Source of the DNA: the human T2T-CHM13v2.0 reference genome, Homo sapiens
Length of the DNA: 64,000 nt
NCBI RefSeq assembly: GCF_009914755.1
Contig: NC_060934.1
Reading direction: 5' to 3' (one strand)
Positions 28,450 to 41,040 of this stretch are shown piece by piece (positions within the stretch are counted from its first letter, which is position 1; every line of letters begins with the position of its first letter). The position numbers and the translations under genes were made by a program. The notes below the pieces were generated by a model. The model worked only from the letters and a program-made list of their open reading frames with translations, was not told the DNA's origin and did not search any database.

Positions 28450-31213
28450 TAACTCCTTCTGCATAACTAATCTTGCCTAGAGTCTTTCACGGCATCAGCC
28501 AAAGAATGTTTCTCTCTAGGACTTTTTTGTTCTCAATCTAATAATTTGTCTGTTTAACTCAGGACTGGAACCCTCAGGAGGGGCTGTGAGTCTCTCCGCG
28601 TAGTGTAAGTAGAACTCCAGAAAGCACTGATTCTCCCTGGATGTCAGCCGTGCTATAAACCAGACACACCAGTCGGGGGTAGTAATGGGGGCAAACTGGG
28701 AAACCAAAATGGCAGTTCAGAATCCCCCCCAGTTTCTGAGTTCTTCAAATGGTGTTCTTTAAAGTCAACCATTGTTTGCCTCAATTGAGAATCTGCTAAG
28801 TGCACTTCTGCTAAGCAAAATAAGCCCATGTTTGTCCATTCATTCATCCCTTAGACAGGATTCTGCTAAGCCAGTTTCTGTTATACAACATAAATCCATA
28901 CTTGTCTGATAATCCTCAAACACCTTACACGGCTAATAATTTTTCAAATATTTATGAGCCCCACAAAGGAGATTTATGTTAAGCTGCTTGGCAAGGAACA
29001 ATAGAGTGTGCAGGTCTAGAGAACATTCTGTTGAAACAAATATTGTCAAGACATCAATATTTTTATAGCATTTTTCATTACGGACTTTTCACACCTGCTC
29101 ATTTCCCTAATTATCCCTGAGACTCTTACACTTTCAGAGAGAATGAAAATGGAATTTTTTGAAAGATCATTAATTTGAAAAATTAGCTGCTATATAAAGA
29201 AAAATACATACTCAGCCACAGCCATTACTAAAAATATAGTCTTGAGATGGATGCACAGGGAGAGAGATACTAAGTTGTTATGGCAACTATCATTATAATT
29301 ACAAAGCTGGAGGGTTTTTCTCGTTCATTACTGTGTTGAGATGTGATAGTTTAAATGGCAGTGTCCTTTGTGATGTCCTCAATCTCATTACTACATAATT
29401 ACCCATTTCATATTTAATTTTCAGCATGTTTGTTCTTACTCCCATACCCTGTACATTTGGCATCTTTTGATAAGCCTTATTCTTAGTTCATGGGTCCCTC
29501 TTGCAACTTAATTCCTCTCCTCACTATTGCCTCCACTCTGTGGTTTCATTTTCAATTTGACCTTTGGGACACTTGCTTTGGCATGAGATATTCCATTTGT
29601 AAACAGTAAGATGCTGTTGCAAAAGCTCCTAAGAAACCACATGAACAGGCACCCAGGGAGACACTGAACGCAGGATACACCGGAGCCTGCTGAGCGGCCT
29701 TGGAGGCACTGTGTTTCTTGGCCACCTACTATGTGCAGGATCATTTACAGAAGTGATCACATTTGACCTTTGTAAGCTGGGTTCTCTGTTTGCACTGCCT
29801 CTGGTCTCCAGCCCTCTGGGCTTGCCTCTGTATCTGGGAGGCTGGGAGGCTGCCCCTTGTAAATTTGTCCCCTTGTCCTCTGGTTTCTGATTGGGATTGC
29901 CCAATAGAGATAGGAAGTGAGGAGAAAGGGCTCTGGGTATTTCATCCCCTTCCCCCACCCCCACCCTTCCATGCCCCCCACCCACTTTGGCCCAGGGGTC
30001 CTAGTGGTGGCTGGATCCTTGGGCTTCCCTGAAACCCACTTCCTCAACTCTAGCCCTGCAGTCCTATGGAGGGACATGACTTCCTCACAGACTGAGCCTC
30101 CACTCATTAGTCTCGGGAGCCTCAATATCACTGTTTGTCTCCACATCCCTGACCACACCTCTGCACTTCATTTAATTCACCTGTCATCTGTGTGTGCCTC
30201 TGTTTCCTGCTGGGTCTCTGACTGATATCATCCTCCCAAAGCTTTGTGAGGGGAGAATAGCTCCCCCTATCTTACAGCTGAGGAATCTAGAAGTGGCTAA
30301 GTCTCTTGCTGAAGGTCATGTAATTAACAAATGATCGAGTCAGTTGAACCCCCAACTGTTTCACTCCAAAATTTCTGCCTCCATCACTCATGTTACAGTC
30401 TCAAGCCAAAGGGAACTGTGGCCCATCAGGCAACCCGAGATGAGCTTGGGCGGAGTGGCATAGTGTGTCAGGGTGCAGCATGGGCACACTGGGGTGGTCA
30501 TGGGTGGGGGTGGCTTTAGCTTCCAGTAAATCTCAAGCCTCTCCATCCATCAGGAGTGCTCAAGATCTAAGTTCTTTAAATTTAGAAGTTCTGGAGCGGC
30601 TTCTGTGGTCACTTAATGCATGAAGCCCGAAAGACAAGAAGCAAAATCATCTTCATGGAGTTGAGATTTGCATGAAGAGGAACTCAGCGTGAGAAGCCAA
30701 GAAGCAAAGCAGAGGAAGATGCTGCCCCGGCCCCCGGCTCATCACTGCCACATGGGCAGGGCTGCCATGCTCTGGCCCAGAATCAGAAGCAAGGGTTTGG
30801 AAGGTCTGAGTTCAGGCATCCCTCTTTCTATCCTCTCAGTCAAGGTACGGGGCTCTCTGAAACAGCAGTGCCAAATGCAGTTGGTCCACACACTCTATGA
30901 GGCCCCAGGGCTGGGAGAGACCTCCCACACCTGTAGTCTGCTGTCGGGCAATCAGACTCCACGCCAGGGGTCTCACTGATGTTTCTGCAAGAGAACATCT
31001 CTGCCTCTCCCCACCACACAAGAGACACTGAACTTGGTAGGATAGAGACTAAAAATATAATAAACTAATGAACCTAATGACTTTGAAAATCTAATAAATT
31101 CCTAGAAAAATATAAAATGCTACAGCTGACACAAAAATAGAGAACCTGAACAGACCAATAATATTAAATCAATTAAAATGGGCGTCAAACAATCTTTATT
31201 AAAAAAAATTCTA

Positions 31214-31565
31214 AGCCAGGCGCAATGGCACACACCTGTAGTCCCAACTACTTGAGAGGCTGAGGCAAGAAGATCGCTTAAGCCCAGGAGTTCAAGGCTG
31301 TAGTACTCTATAATCACATCTGTGAATAGCCACTGAACTCCAGCCTGAGCAGCACAGTGAGACCTTATCTCAAAAAAAATATATATCTTTTTAATTAGCC
31401 AGGAGTGATGGTGTGCACCTGTAGTCTTAGCTACTTGGGAGGCTGAGACAGGAGGATCACTTGAGCCCAGGAGCTTGAGGTTATAGTGAGCTATAATACA
31501 CCACTGCAATCCAGCCTGGGCAACAGAGTGAGACTCTGTCTCCAAAAACAAACAAACAAACAAAA
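31214..31565 (+). mobile_element. FAM monomer (31214-31379) directly followed by an AluJ/FRAM right arm (31393-31565)
   Basis: First monomer has the 7SL/FAM segment TGTGAATAGCCACTG (31321-31335). Second starts aattagccagg and ends in a (CAAA)n tail. Confidence 0.8.
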
Positions 31566-31639
31566 GTTCCAGATCACTTTTTCAATTTTCCAGTTGAATT
31601 TACTAAACTTTTTTAAAAGCTGAAATTCCCACCTTATAG

Positions 31640-32005
<366 letters not shown>

Positions 32006-32442
32006 TAATTTTATTATGCTAATGTAATCTTAATTCTAAAACCAGAGAATGAAATGATTAGAAAAGAATATAAAAGGCTCATTTCGTTATATAGACACTA
32101 AAAATCTTAAGTCAAATATTAGCTAACTGAATCCAATAGCTTATTTTTTAAAATACATAAAGTATACATAAAATCCATAAATTATACATAAACTCCATAA
32201 AGTATAATTAAGTAGGCTTTATTTCAGGAATACAGAAATGGTTCAATGGTAGAAAAATCGACCTATGTAATTTATCGTGTCAACAGATCAAAAGGAAAAG
32301 GTTGTATGATTATCTAAATCAATGAATTATCTGAATTAGAAAAGCAGTTCATAATATACAGCATCTGTTTAAAGATGTCCTGAACAATGGAAAGATACCT
32401 ATGCTCTTGCATGGGCAACTTGGGATCAAAGATTCAATTCTT

Positions 32443-32553
32443 GCTGGGCATGGTGGCTCATGCCTCTAACCCCAGCACTTTGCGAGGCCGAGGTGAGAGG
32501 ATCACTTAAGCCCAGAAATTTGAGACCAGCCTGGACAACGCAGTGAGACCCTG
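32443..32553 (+). mobile_element. Alu left monomer (FLAM_C/AluJ)
   Basis: gctgggcatggtggctcatgcc...gaccagcctggacaacgcagtgagaccctg; no right arm. Confidence 0.82.
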
Positions 32554-32874
32554 GGAGGAAGGGGAAGGAAGGGAAGACTGAGAATGTTACACATCAAGGT
32601 GGATTCTTTACCATGTGACCTTGGGAAACTTGGCTCTCATATGGAAAAAACTAAAACTGGATCCTTACCACACACGAAAGTGGACTCCAAATGGATTAAA
32701 AAACTAAATGTGAAAAGTGAAACCATAACAATAATAGAAAGTGTATAAACATATCTTTGTAACCTAGAGATGAGGAAAAACTTGTTAAATAAAAACCTCA
32801 GAAGCACAAACCATAAGGCAAAAATAAGAAGAGGAGGAATTAATGAGGTTACTTATATCAAGATAAAAGATTAA

Positions 32875-33255
<381 letters not shown>

Positions 33256-34332
33256 TAATATCCATGATACATAAGGAAGAAAGGGCGGACTCCTGATAGG
33301 AAAATGGGCAAAAGCTATGAACAGGCTATTTACAGAAGTGAAAACTCAAAAGGCTAACTACATATAAAGAAATGCTCAAAGCCATTAGTAACCAGAGAAA
33401 TGCAAATTTAAATGAAGAGGTGTCATCTGACAACTATTAGCTGGGCAAAAATCAGAGAGCTGGATGGTGTCAAGTGTTGATGACGGTGTGGAGTTTTGGG
33501 GCACCCCAGCACTGCTGGTGAGGATTCAGATGGGTACCACCCACTGGGAGAGCAGACGCATGCTCCTGACATTCCCAAACATGTGTCTGTCATAATTAAA
33601 GGTTTATATAAAAGACATAAAAGATTATGAGTCCAATGAAAATAAATTTAAAATAAGTTTAGCTGAGAAGCATTTTTTATTAAAATGCTTGTGCCAATAG
33701 AGAATATTACATTAACTCAGGACACAAGTCACTGAAACAATTTCTACATGTTACCGTTTGAAAAAGTAAGACTTGGCAAAACCAACCTAACAGATTTTTT
33801 TTTCTTTTCTACTGAATTGAATGAATCGATCCTTTTTTATGGCATTTCATTCTAGAGTCAGCCCACACTAATTATCTGGTAAAGAGGATTAACATTTTAT
33901 TCTTTTATAATTTTCTGATTGCTTTTAGGAAGAGACATAAAGAATAAGCAAACAAATGCAATGTATTAAAAGCATTTCTAATATGTCCTTTTGCCCTCCA
34001 GGGACTTTGTAATATAAATACCCTTACACAGTAAGAAAAATAGATCACTAATTCTCAAGCTGCAATTACCTGAGATCATAATACTGAACATACATCAAAG
34101 CAGAGGCATAGTAGTTTAAATCCAATTGAATTACATCTACCCTTAGGGGCACAATCAGGAAATACAATTTTAAAAAGAGAGAGCTTTGGCATCGTTCCTT
34201 CACACCTGGGCTTCACTGACTAGCTCCAGTTGTAAATCACATGCTGAGACCCAGTGTTTTTCCAGGGCTGAGGCATAACAGAGAAGGAGCTCCTGGGAGC
34301 AGCAAACACCTTGTTTTCCTTCCATCCAAGCA

Positions 34333-34336
<4 letters not shown>

Positions 34337-34388
<52 letters not shown>
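34337..34388. repeat. (TG)26 microsatellite
   Basis: Read directly. Confidence 0.95.
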
Positions 34389-34393
<5 letters not shown>

Positions 34394-34508
34394 CCCTATG
34401 CAAATGAAGGCAAGTTTTCACATTGCATTATAAGCTTGGTAGCTAAGAAACCATTTCTGTTTCTGAGAAGGTTAACTTTCAAGTTCAAATATCTGATGCT
34501 TTGGGTAT

Positions 34509-34922
34509 TGTGAACAAATGTGAACCTGAAAGAGCCAATCTTTCAAGATGGATCACCACTGGCTAACTGAGCCAAAATTTAAAATACAGTCAAGTGGCCA
34601 TTTGCTGAGTAGAGAGGTCACACACATAACTCTGAGTTCCTGAAAAACAATACCTCTGTTTAACTTCGGGACTTTCACAGAGCACCTGAACCAACCAATC
34701 AGAGTTCACCTGCTTGTGCCAATCAGAGATCAGCTGTATCAACCAATCAAGGCTCAGCTGTATTGACCAATCAGGGCTCAGTTATATTGACCAATCAGAA
34801 CTCAGCTGCGTCATCACTCGGAGGTAAGCGGGGCTGAATTTTTCATTTGCCTGAATTGCAAACTGTTCACTGGAATGAAGTCTCTTTCCTCCGAACTGTT
34901 TTCCAGAGAACTTTTGTGCAGA
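34509..34922 (+). mobile_element. Solo LTR (LTR47-like, ERVL class) with tandem CCAAT repeats
   Basis: TGTGAACAAATGTGAACCTGAAAGAGCCAATC start; internal 24-bp CCAATCA repeats; GTAT on both flanks. Confidence 0.7.
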
Positions 34923-35366
34923 GTATCCCACTGAAGTAACCACTGTCGCAACCTGGATAAAATGTTTAAATGTTTTTCAAACCTAAGCTTACAAACTATA
35001 GTGGATAAAATAGCATTTTTGCTCTTATTGGGGGTGAAGGGTGTCAAATATGGAAGTGTTTAAATTTTATATTTCAGTATATAAAGAGCTTCTAAATGGG
35101 GTTTTCTGAACTTGGAGTGGGCCAGGCGAGGTCATGCAGCTCACAGGCAGGTTACCCAGGGGAGTAATCTGACATGGGCCTGAGCGCCTCCCATTCTGAC
35201 TCTTCCCACGCTAGCTGGAAAGCCTAGAGCAGGCTGACCTCACCAACTTAGCCTTAGTTTACACATCTGCAGAGTGGGGGAATCCTGTCCTAACCTGATA
35301 GAGAATTATGGTGAGAATTTAATAAAATAATGCATGTAACAGCTTAGAGTAAATCTTGGCATATAG

Positions 35367-35723
35367 TGTCTTAGTCCATTAGGGCTGCTATAACAGAATA
35401 CTATAGACGGGGGCCTATAAACAACAGTAATTCATTTCTCACAGTTCCGGAGGCTGGAAGTCCCAAGAGCAAGATACTGGCAGATTCGGAGTCTGGTGAG
35501 GGCCCATTTCACAGATGGCAGCTCCTCGCTGCATCCTCATATGCTGGAAGGGGCACACAAGCAACCTTGGGCCTCTTTATAAGGGCACTGATCCCATTCA
35601 TGCGGGCTCCTCCCTCATGACTTAATCACCTCCCCCAAAGCTCCATCTAATATCATTGCCTTGGGGTTGGGGATTTCAACATATGAATTTGACAGGGGAA
35701 ACACAAACATTCAGACCGCGACA
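35367..35723 (-). mobile_element. MLT1A/A0 MaLR LTR inserted into a MIR
   Basis: tgtcttagtccattagggctgctataaca...acacaaacattcagacc; MIR sequence on both sides. Confidence 0.85.
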
Positions 35724-36069
35724 CAGAGTGAACACTCAGGAAAGGCTCGCGGCTGTTGTCATTCTTCATGATGATTGTCTTAGCCTGTCAGTGTAAAGCA
35801 CATGCTCATTACTGCCTGGAGAACAAAGGCCACCTCCCCACCGTGCCCTTTCATTCTTCCCTTGTCAGTGCCTTGCCTTTGCAGACATAGTTGCCACCAC
35901 CTGGAGTACTCTCTGGCACTTCCCTTCACAGCAAACACCTACTTGCACATCGAAGCCCAACTCTAACGCCTCCTCCTGGGGGAGCCCTCCATGATTGCAG
36001 CGGGTGAGGTCCTGTGTCCCTGTTCCCAGGCTCCCACAGCTCCCCTAATGTGGCTTTCCCAGCCCTCAT

Positions 36070-36153
36070 GACCTTGTCCTAGGCATAGGGCACAGAGGAC
36101 CTTGTCCTGGCCATAGGACACAGAGTACCTTGTCCTGGGCCTAGGCCACAGAG
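36070..36153. repeat. 28-bp tandem repeat x3
   Basis: gaccttgtcctaggcatagggcacagag / gaccttgtcctggccataggacacagag / taccttgtcctgggcctaggccacagag. Confidence 0.88.
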
Positions 36154-37234
36154 GGATCCCTGCTACCCAATTACCTCCTCCAGGGCTGTTGGCATCCCTC
36201 TTGCATGCAGAAGGTGCTCAGTAAATGCTGGTTGGAGTTGGATGGCTGGATGCAAAGACCTTAAGAGCAGGATGCAAAGTCTGATTCCTCTCTGCATCCT
36301 CAGAGCCTATCCCAGTGCTTGGCACACAGTAGGTGCTCAATAAACAATCATGCACTGAAATTGACTTTCAAAATGCATATGGCCTGGACTGCATTTCCTC
36401 TGAGTGTCCTCTCCTGGCCTCCTGGCTCAGCTGAGATCTGGGGTACCCACCTGTCCTGTCCCGCCACCTTTGCCATCTCCAGCCAGTCCTTAGGTCCCTG
36501 CCTTAATATGGGTGAAGTCCTCTCAGGGATAGGGGAAGAGGACTCTCATTCCCATGAGACCAGGGCATGGTTCTTCCTCATCTCACACTGGTGGAGTCCT
36601 GAGGCTGGGAGGCCAAGGGACTTTGTAATGTGCAGAGAGCATTCCCCAGTTGGCACAGTCACTTGAAATTTTACAACAGATCTCGTTCTCAAAGGAGGAA
36701 AAAGTGGAGCCAAACCAATTAACTTTTTAAACAGCTGAGAGATTCAAATGAAGCAAGGTTTGCCAGGCGTAGCTGTAACCTGACAGAAATAGGAGATGTG
36801 CTGGGGGAAGCTCTCAGACTCTGGCGTGGGTTTGCCTGGCCAAGACATGAGCCCCTCCTGCCAGCCCCCACACGGCCCCAGCTGTGTGAGTTCACCCCAT
36901 CTCCTCCAATGCAACGCTCAGCTCCCTCTTTGGAGAAAAACATAGATGAGCCTTAGAAAGTGAAATGAAAAGAGCCTAACAATTAAAACCAGTATACCAT
37001 TTTTTGTTCAAACAAAACCTTCCCAGTTATTTATTACATAAATAAAATATCTTTTATCTTTTCTATATCAGCTTAAATGTTACTTCCTCGGAGACCCCTT
37101 TCTGGAAAATTCTGTCTCAATCAGGACTAACTCTTCCTGCCTCTTTCCTGGCTCTGCAGCCTGTTCTTTCCCTTCGGGGCAGACACTCCACTGGGCCACT
37201 TCTTTCCGATTGTGCTGATGTTTGAGTAAGGGAC

Positions 37235-37435
37235 ACGCAGGCGCAGTGGGTAAGAGGGTGGGCCCTGCAGGTTCTGGCTCAGCTGCCCACAGCTATGTCC
37301 TGGAGCAGTCACCTCACCTCTCTGTGCCTTGGGGTCTTCATCTGGAAAGTGGGTATAACAATCGTTCCCACCTCACCGACCAGTTGTGGGGAGTAAACAG
37401 GTTAACACATGCAGAGTGTTTGGATCAGGGCCTCG
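37235..37435 (+). mobile_element. MIR
   Basis: agtgggtaagag...cagtcacctcacctctctgtgcct...catctggaaagtggg. Confidence 0.7.
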
Positions 37436-37774
37436 ACGTCAGGGGGCCAAATTATATTATTCCCATCATCACTGTCAGCTTCCTAAGTGTTTTATTACTG
37501 AGCTATGACCGTGTCTAGCACAATGCTTGGCATGGGGCGAGGGTTCAGTAAAGGTTGCCATAGAGCTCTCCCAAACCCTGGTCTGAACGTGTGTCTCCAA
37601 ACTCCCTGTCACTTCTGCTATTCATGAATCTCCTTTTCTGGCCAAGTTCAGTATCACCCTCTTGTGCATTCACACATCCAGCACTCCTACCTTCTCATCA
37701 GGCATTCCCCTCTGCCAGCACCCATCTACCACTTCCTTCTAGTTATGTCAGCCCCTCCCTCATTTCCCCAACCT

Positions 37775-37958
37775 CTGTGACCTCCCCATCCCACCCACCC
37801 ACCTGGAGGGCCCGAGCTCTGCATTACATCTGCATCCTGTGACCTCCCCTCCACCCACCCACCTGGAGGGCCCGAGCTCTGCATTACATCTGCATCCTGT
37901 GACCTCCCCTCCACCCACCCACCTGGAGGGCCCGAGCTCTGCATTACATCTGCATCCT
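37775..37958. repeat. 60-bp minisatellite x3 (near-perfect)
   Basis: Unit ccacccacccacctggagggcccgagctctgcattacatctgcatcctgtgacctcccct; 37791-37850 is identical to 37851-37910. Confidence 0.95.
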
Positions 37959-38150
37959 AGTGAGGGATCAGCCTCCTGTGCTCTGTGAAGCACAAGTCCG
38001 TGAGGTTCACCCTGTGACAGGAGCTGGGTCAGGCAGGTGGCAGGTAGCAGGTGTGCTGGAAAATGCGTGAAGACAAGGACAGAGCAGGACTTTCCAGCCC
38101 TGTTACCAGGCGCTTGCATTCCAAGTGGAGCTCCCCTGAGTGAGGCTATT

Positions 38151-38187
38151 TCTGCAGTCAAATGCTCTACCGCTGAGCTATACCCCC
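38151..38187 (-). pseudogene. Tailless retrocopy of the 5' half of tRNA-Cys(GCA)
   Basis: Minus strand GGGGGTATAGCTCAGCGGTAGAGCATTTGACTGCAGA covers the acceptor 5' strand, D-arm and anticodon GCA. No T-arm and no poly-A. 15-bp TSD AGTGAGGCTATTTCT at 38139-38153 and 38189-38203. Confidence 0.9.
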
Positions 38188-40931
38188 AAGTGAGGCTATT
38201 TCTAATGTGGGCCTTTCAGCAAGGAAAAAGAGGAAATGAAGAGAAAAGAATGAACCCCGCCACACAGCCTGGGAGCCGGGCCATTTGCAGGCAGTGCTTC
38301 CAGAATGAAAGGCCTTCCGCGAGCAGCTTGACTGCCCTGCTTGGATTCTGTGCTGGGATGGTGTGACCTTCTGATAAAGCCATGGTCTCAGATAGTGCAG
38401 CACAGGGACAGAGCACTGGACAAGGAGCCACTTTGGCTCTTGGGATGCCACTCTCTATGCCTGAGGCTTTCAAGGCCTCAGCTGTCCCATCTGCCAATCC
38501 GGGCATTGGACAGATGACCCTGCCGTTTGAGCCCCTGACTTTTCTGATAAAGCTTGACCACAGCTCTGAAGCTTTCAGTCCAGGGCAGAGGATGCCAATG
38601 ACCGAGGGATGGCCCAACCCAGCACAAGAGATTCCAGACCTCCTCTGGCCCCTGGGTCTAGGCTGCCTCCCACCTAATGTGACCGTACATTCCCACTGCT
38701 CCTTCCCACGCAGCTTCTCCCTATTCACGAAGCCGTCTCTGTGATGCCAGGGTCAGACCATCCTGGGGGTCCCCTCCCAGCCCTCTTGCCTGTAGTTTCT
38801 TCTGTTTCTCGCCTTCCTGCCTCCCACCCCACCCTCACCCAGTCATCCTCCATCTCCTGCGTTCTGACTCCTCACCCAGAAACGCTGCCTTTGCCATCTC
38901 CCCCTCAGGAGACACGCTCAAGCCCTGTGGTTTTTCCAGGCCACCTTGAGGCTGATGTCCAGAGCCCGAGCTCTGGCTCTCGGGTTCTATGTGAACAGGC
39001 CAAGCCCCACCTCCCGACGGTCTGTCCACTCTTCCTTCGGCCAGTGACGCCCAGGTACTGAAGTGGGGGCAGGTCATCCACATGGCCCGCACCTTTGCTC
39101 TCACATCCCACTGCCAGGCATAGCCTTGCCAGCTCCAGAAAGCCTCCCCCTGTCTGCTCCTGCACCCATCTCCCACTCTGGATCCCCAAGTCCATGCATT
39201 TCATCCCAGAAGTCCTCAGAAATGTGACCGAAGGGCAACATGGGCACACTACAGGCTAACCTCGTTCTTTAACCTTACTGAGCCTCTGTGTCCTGATCTA
39301 TAAAATGAGACACTAATGTCTACCTAGAAGAGAGATGGAACCAAGGTGCTTCACAAAATGAAACGCTACGTAAATGTCAGGCCCAATGCTGAGTCAAGGC
39401 CAGCTCACTCCTCCTCCTCACCCACAGTAGCCTCCTCACTCTCATAGATACAGCACCTTTCTTCCAGACAGCTACGGGATCTTAATGGATCTGCCAAATC
39501 ACTGTTCCCCAAACACCCTTGCTATAAATCATGTCAGCTTCACTCAGCTGCCTCTGAGGTTCTGAGCATGTGTGCATGATATTGGAATAAAATTTAAATT
39601 AAATCCAGAAGCTGCAACACTTCATAAAACTTAAACTGCAAATTCCTCACTGTGGAATGCCAAACTGAAAAAGTAATCAGAAATAAATACTTCATTTCGC
39701 CTCATGTGCCCTGAAGACCCCCAAACTTGGCTCCAAAAGATCTGGGGCCTTCCAAAGATAGGAAATCTATGCAAGAAACTTCTCACATGGCCTCAGGATT
39801 CAAGCCATCCCCATGCACTTTTAGGAGAGAAAGCAGAGTCCCAAACCAAGGACCAGGATGGAAAGCAACCCCCAAATTGTGCCGGATCAAGAGATTAGGG
39901 AGGATGTCTTTGCTGCTTTCCAGGTGGATGTCTGGCTGCCTCCCTTGCAATAACCAGCTCTTGTCTTCTTCAGGTGAAATTTCCAACTGCCCAGAAGCTG
40001 CCTGGTGGATGCCTGCTACCCATCTGAAGTTCACCTAAAGGATTTACGAGTTTCTGCCCTACAAGTTTGATGCAAAGTTCATGCTGAGAGGCACCTTAGG
40101 AAACACGAAGCACGGTGTGTGCATGTGTGTTCTAAATAGTAGAGTTTCCAGGAGGGCTTCCATCAGCACCGAGTGTTTACGAGAGACTGCCACAGCGGTG
40201 TGGTAGACATACCTGCTCCTGCTGCCAACACGATTTGCTAGTGTAATTAACATTCAGGCTGAAACTGGAGAAGGCAGTTCAACTCACAAAGACTATTTTT
40301 AGAGACCTCTTAATGGAAAACTCTGTTCCTTTCAAACCACACAGCTTTCTGTAATTAGAAGAGAGACTATTATTCAAGTCAGATTTTACTTTTTCTCACA
40401 TTTCTGTGCTTTATGCAATGTTATCCTAAAACTGCATTTACTTGGGGAGGACAACACACAGAGAAGCGGCATCGCTGGGCGGGGCCCTCGCAGCGTCCTT
40501 ACCCACCCTCCCGCAGCACAGGGAGGATGTGGTCACCAGCACAATCCCCCACCCCCACCCCAAGTCCCACCCTGACCCTACTGGGGATCACTTAGGTGAC
40601 ACGGCACCATCCTGTGCATTTTTCTCTTAGAAACTGGCTACAGGTTCCCCAAAAGCTCTGACATTTCTGGGGGATAGTTTAAAATGTGTCTTCTATCATT
40701 CCCATTACAGAAACATAGATGCCCCCCCCCACAAGTTCATTCATGTGCCCATCAAATAGCATCTCCTTGGTGCCAAGAAAGGGACTGGACCCCGCAAGGC
40801 GCCCACCCAGATGTACACTGAAGGCACCATCCCTGCCTTCATGGAGCTTATTTTCTAGTGTGGGGACTAGGGGGATTGTGCTAAACCAGGCAATACATCA
40901 GCAAAACATACAGAGCTTTTGATAAACATTT

Positions 40932-41040
40932 TAAAAAGAAAAAAGGAAGAGAGGGGAAGCAGGAGGAAGGAAGGGAGGGGGAGGAAAGGAAAAGGGGAAG
41001 AAGGAAATGAAAGAAGTGAGAAAGGAAGGGAGGAAGCAAG
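40932..41040. repeat. GA-rich low-complexity tract
   Basis: Almost purine-only (GGAA/GAAA) run. Confidence 0.8.

Noticed and set aside
33668-33690. 9-bp AT-rich inverted repeat (and a 10-bp stem with one G-T pair at 38961-38988)
   Set aside because: Expected by chance in 64 kb; no supporting context.
38151-38187. Functional tRNA-Cys gene
   Set aside because: Lacks the T-arm/B-box and 3' acceptor strand; flanked by a TSD.
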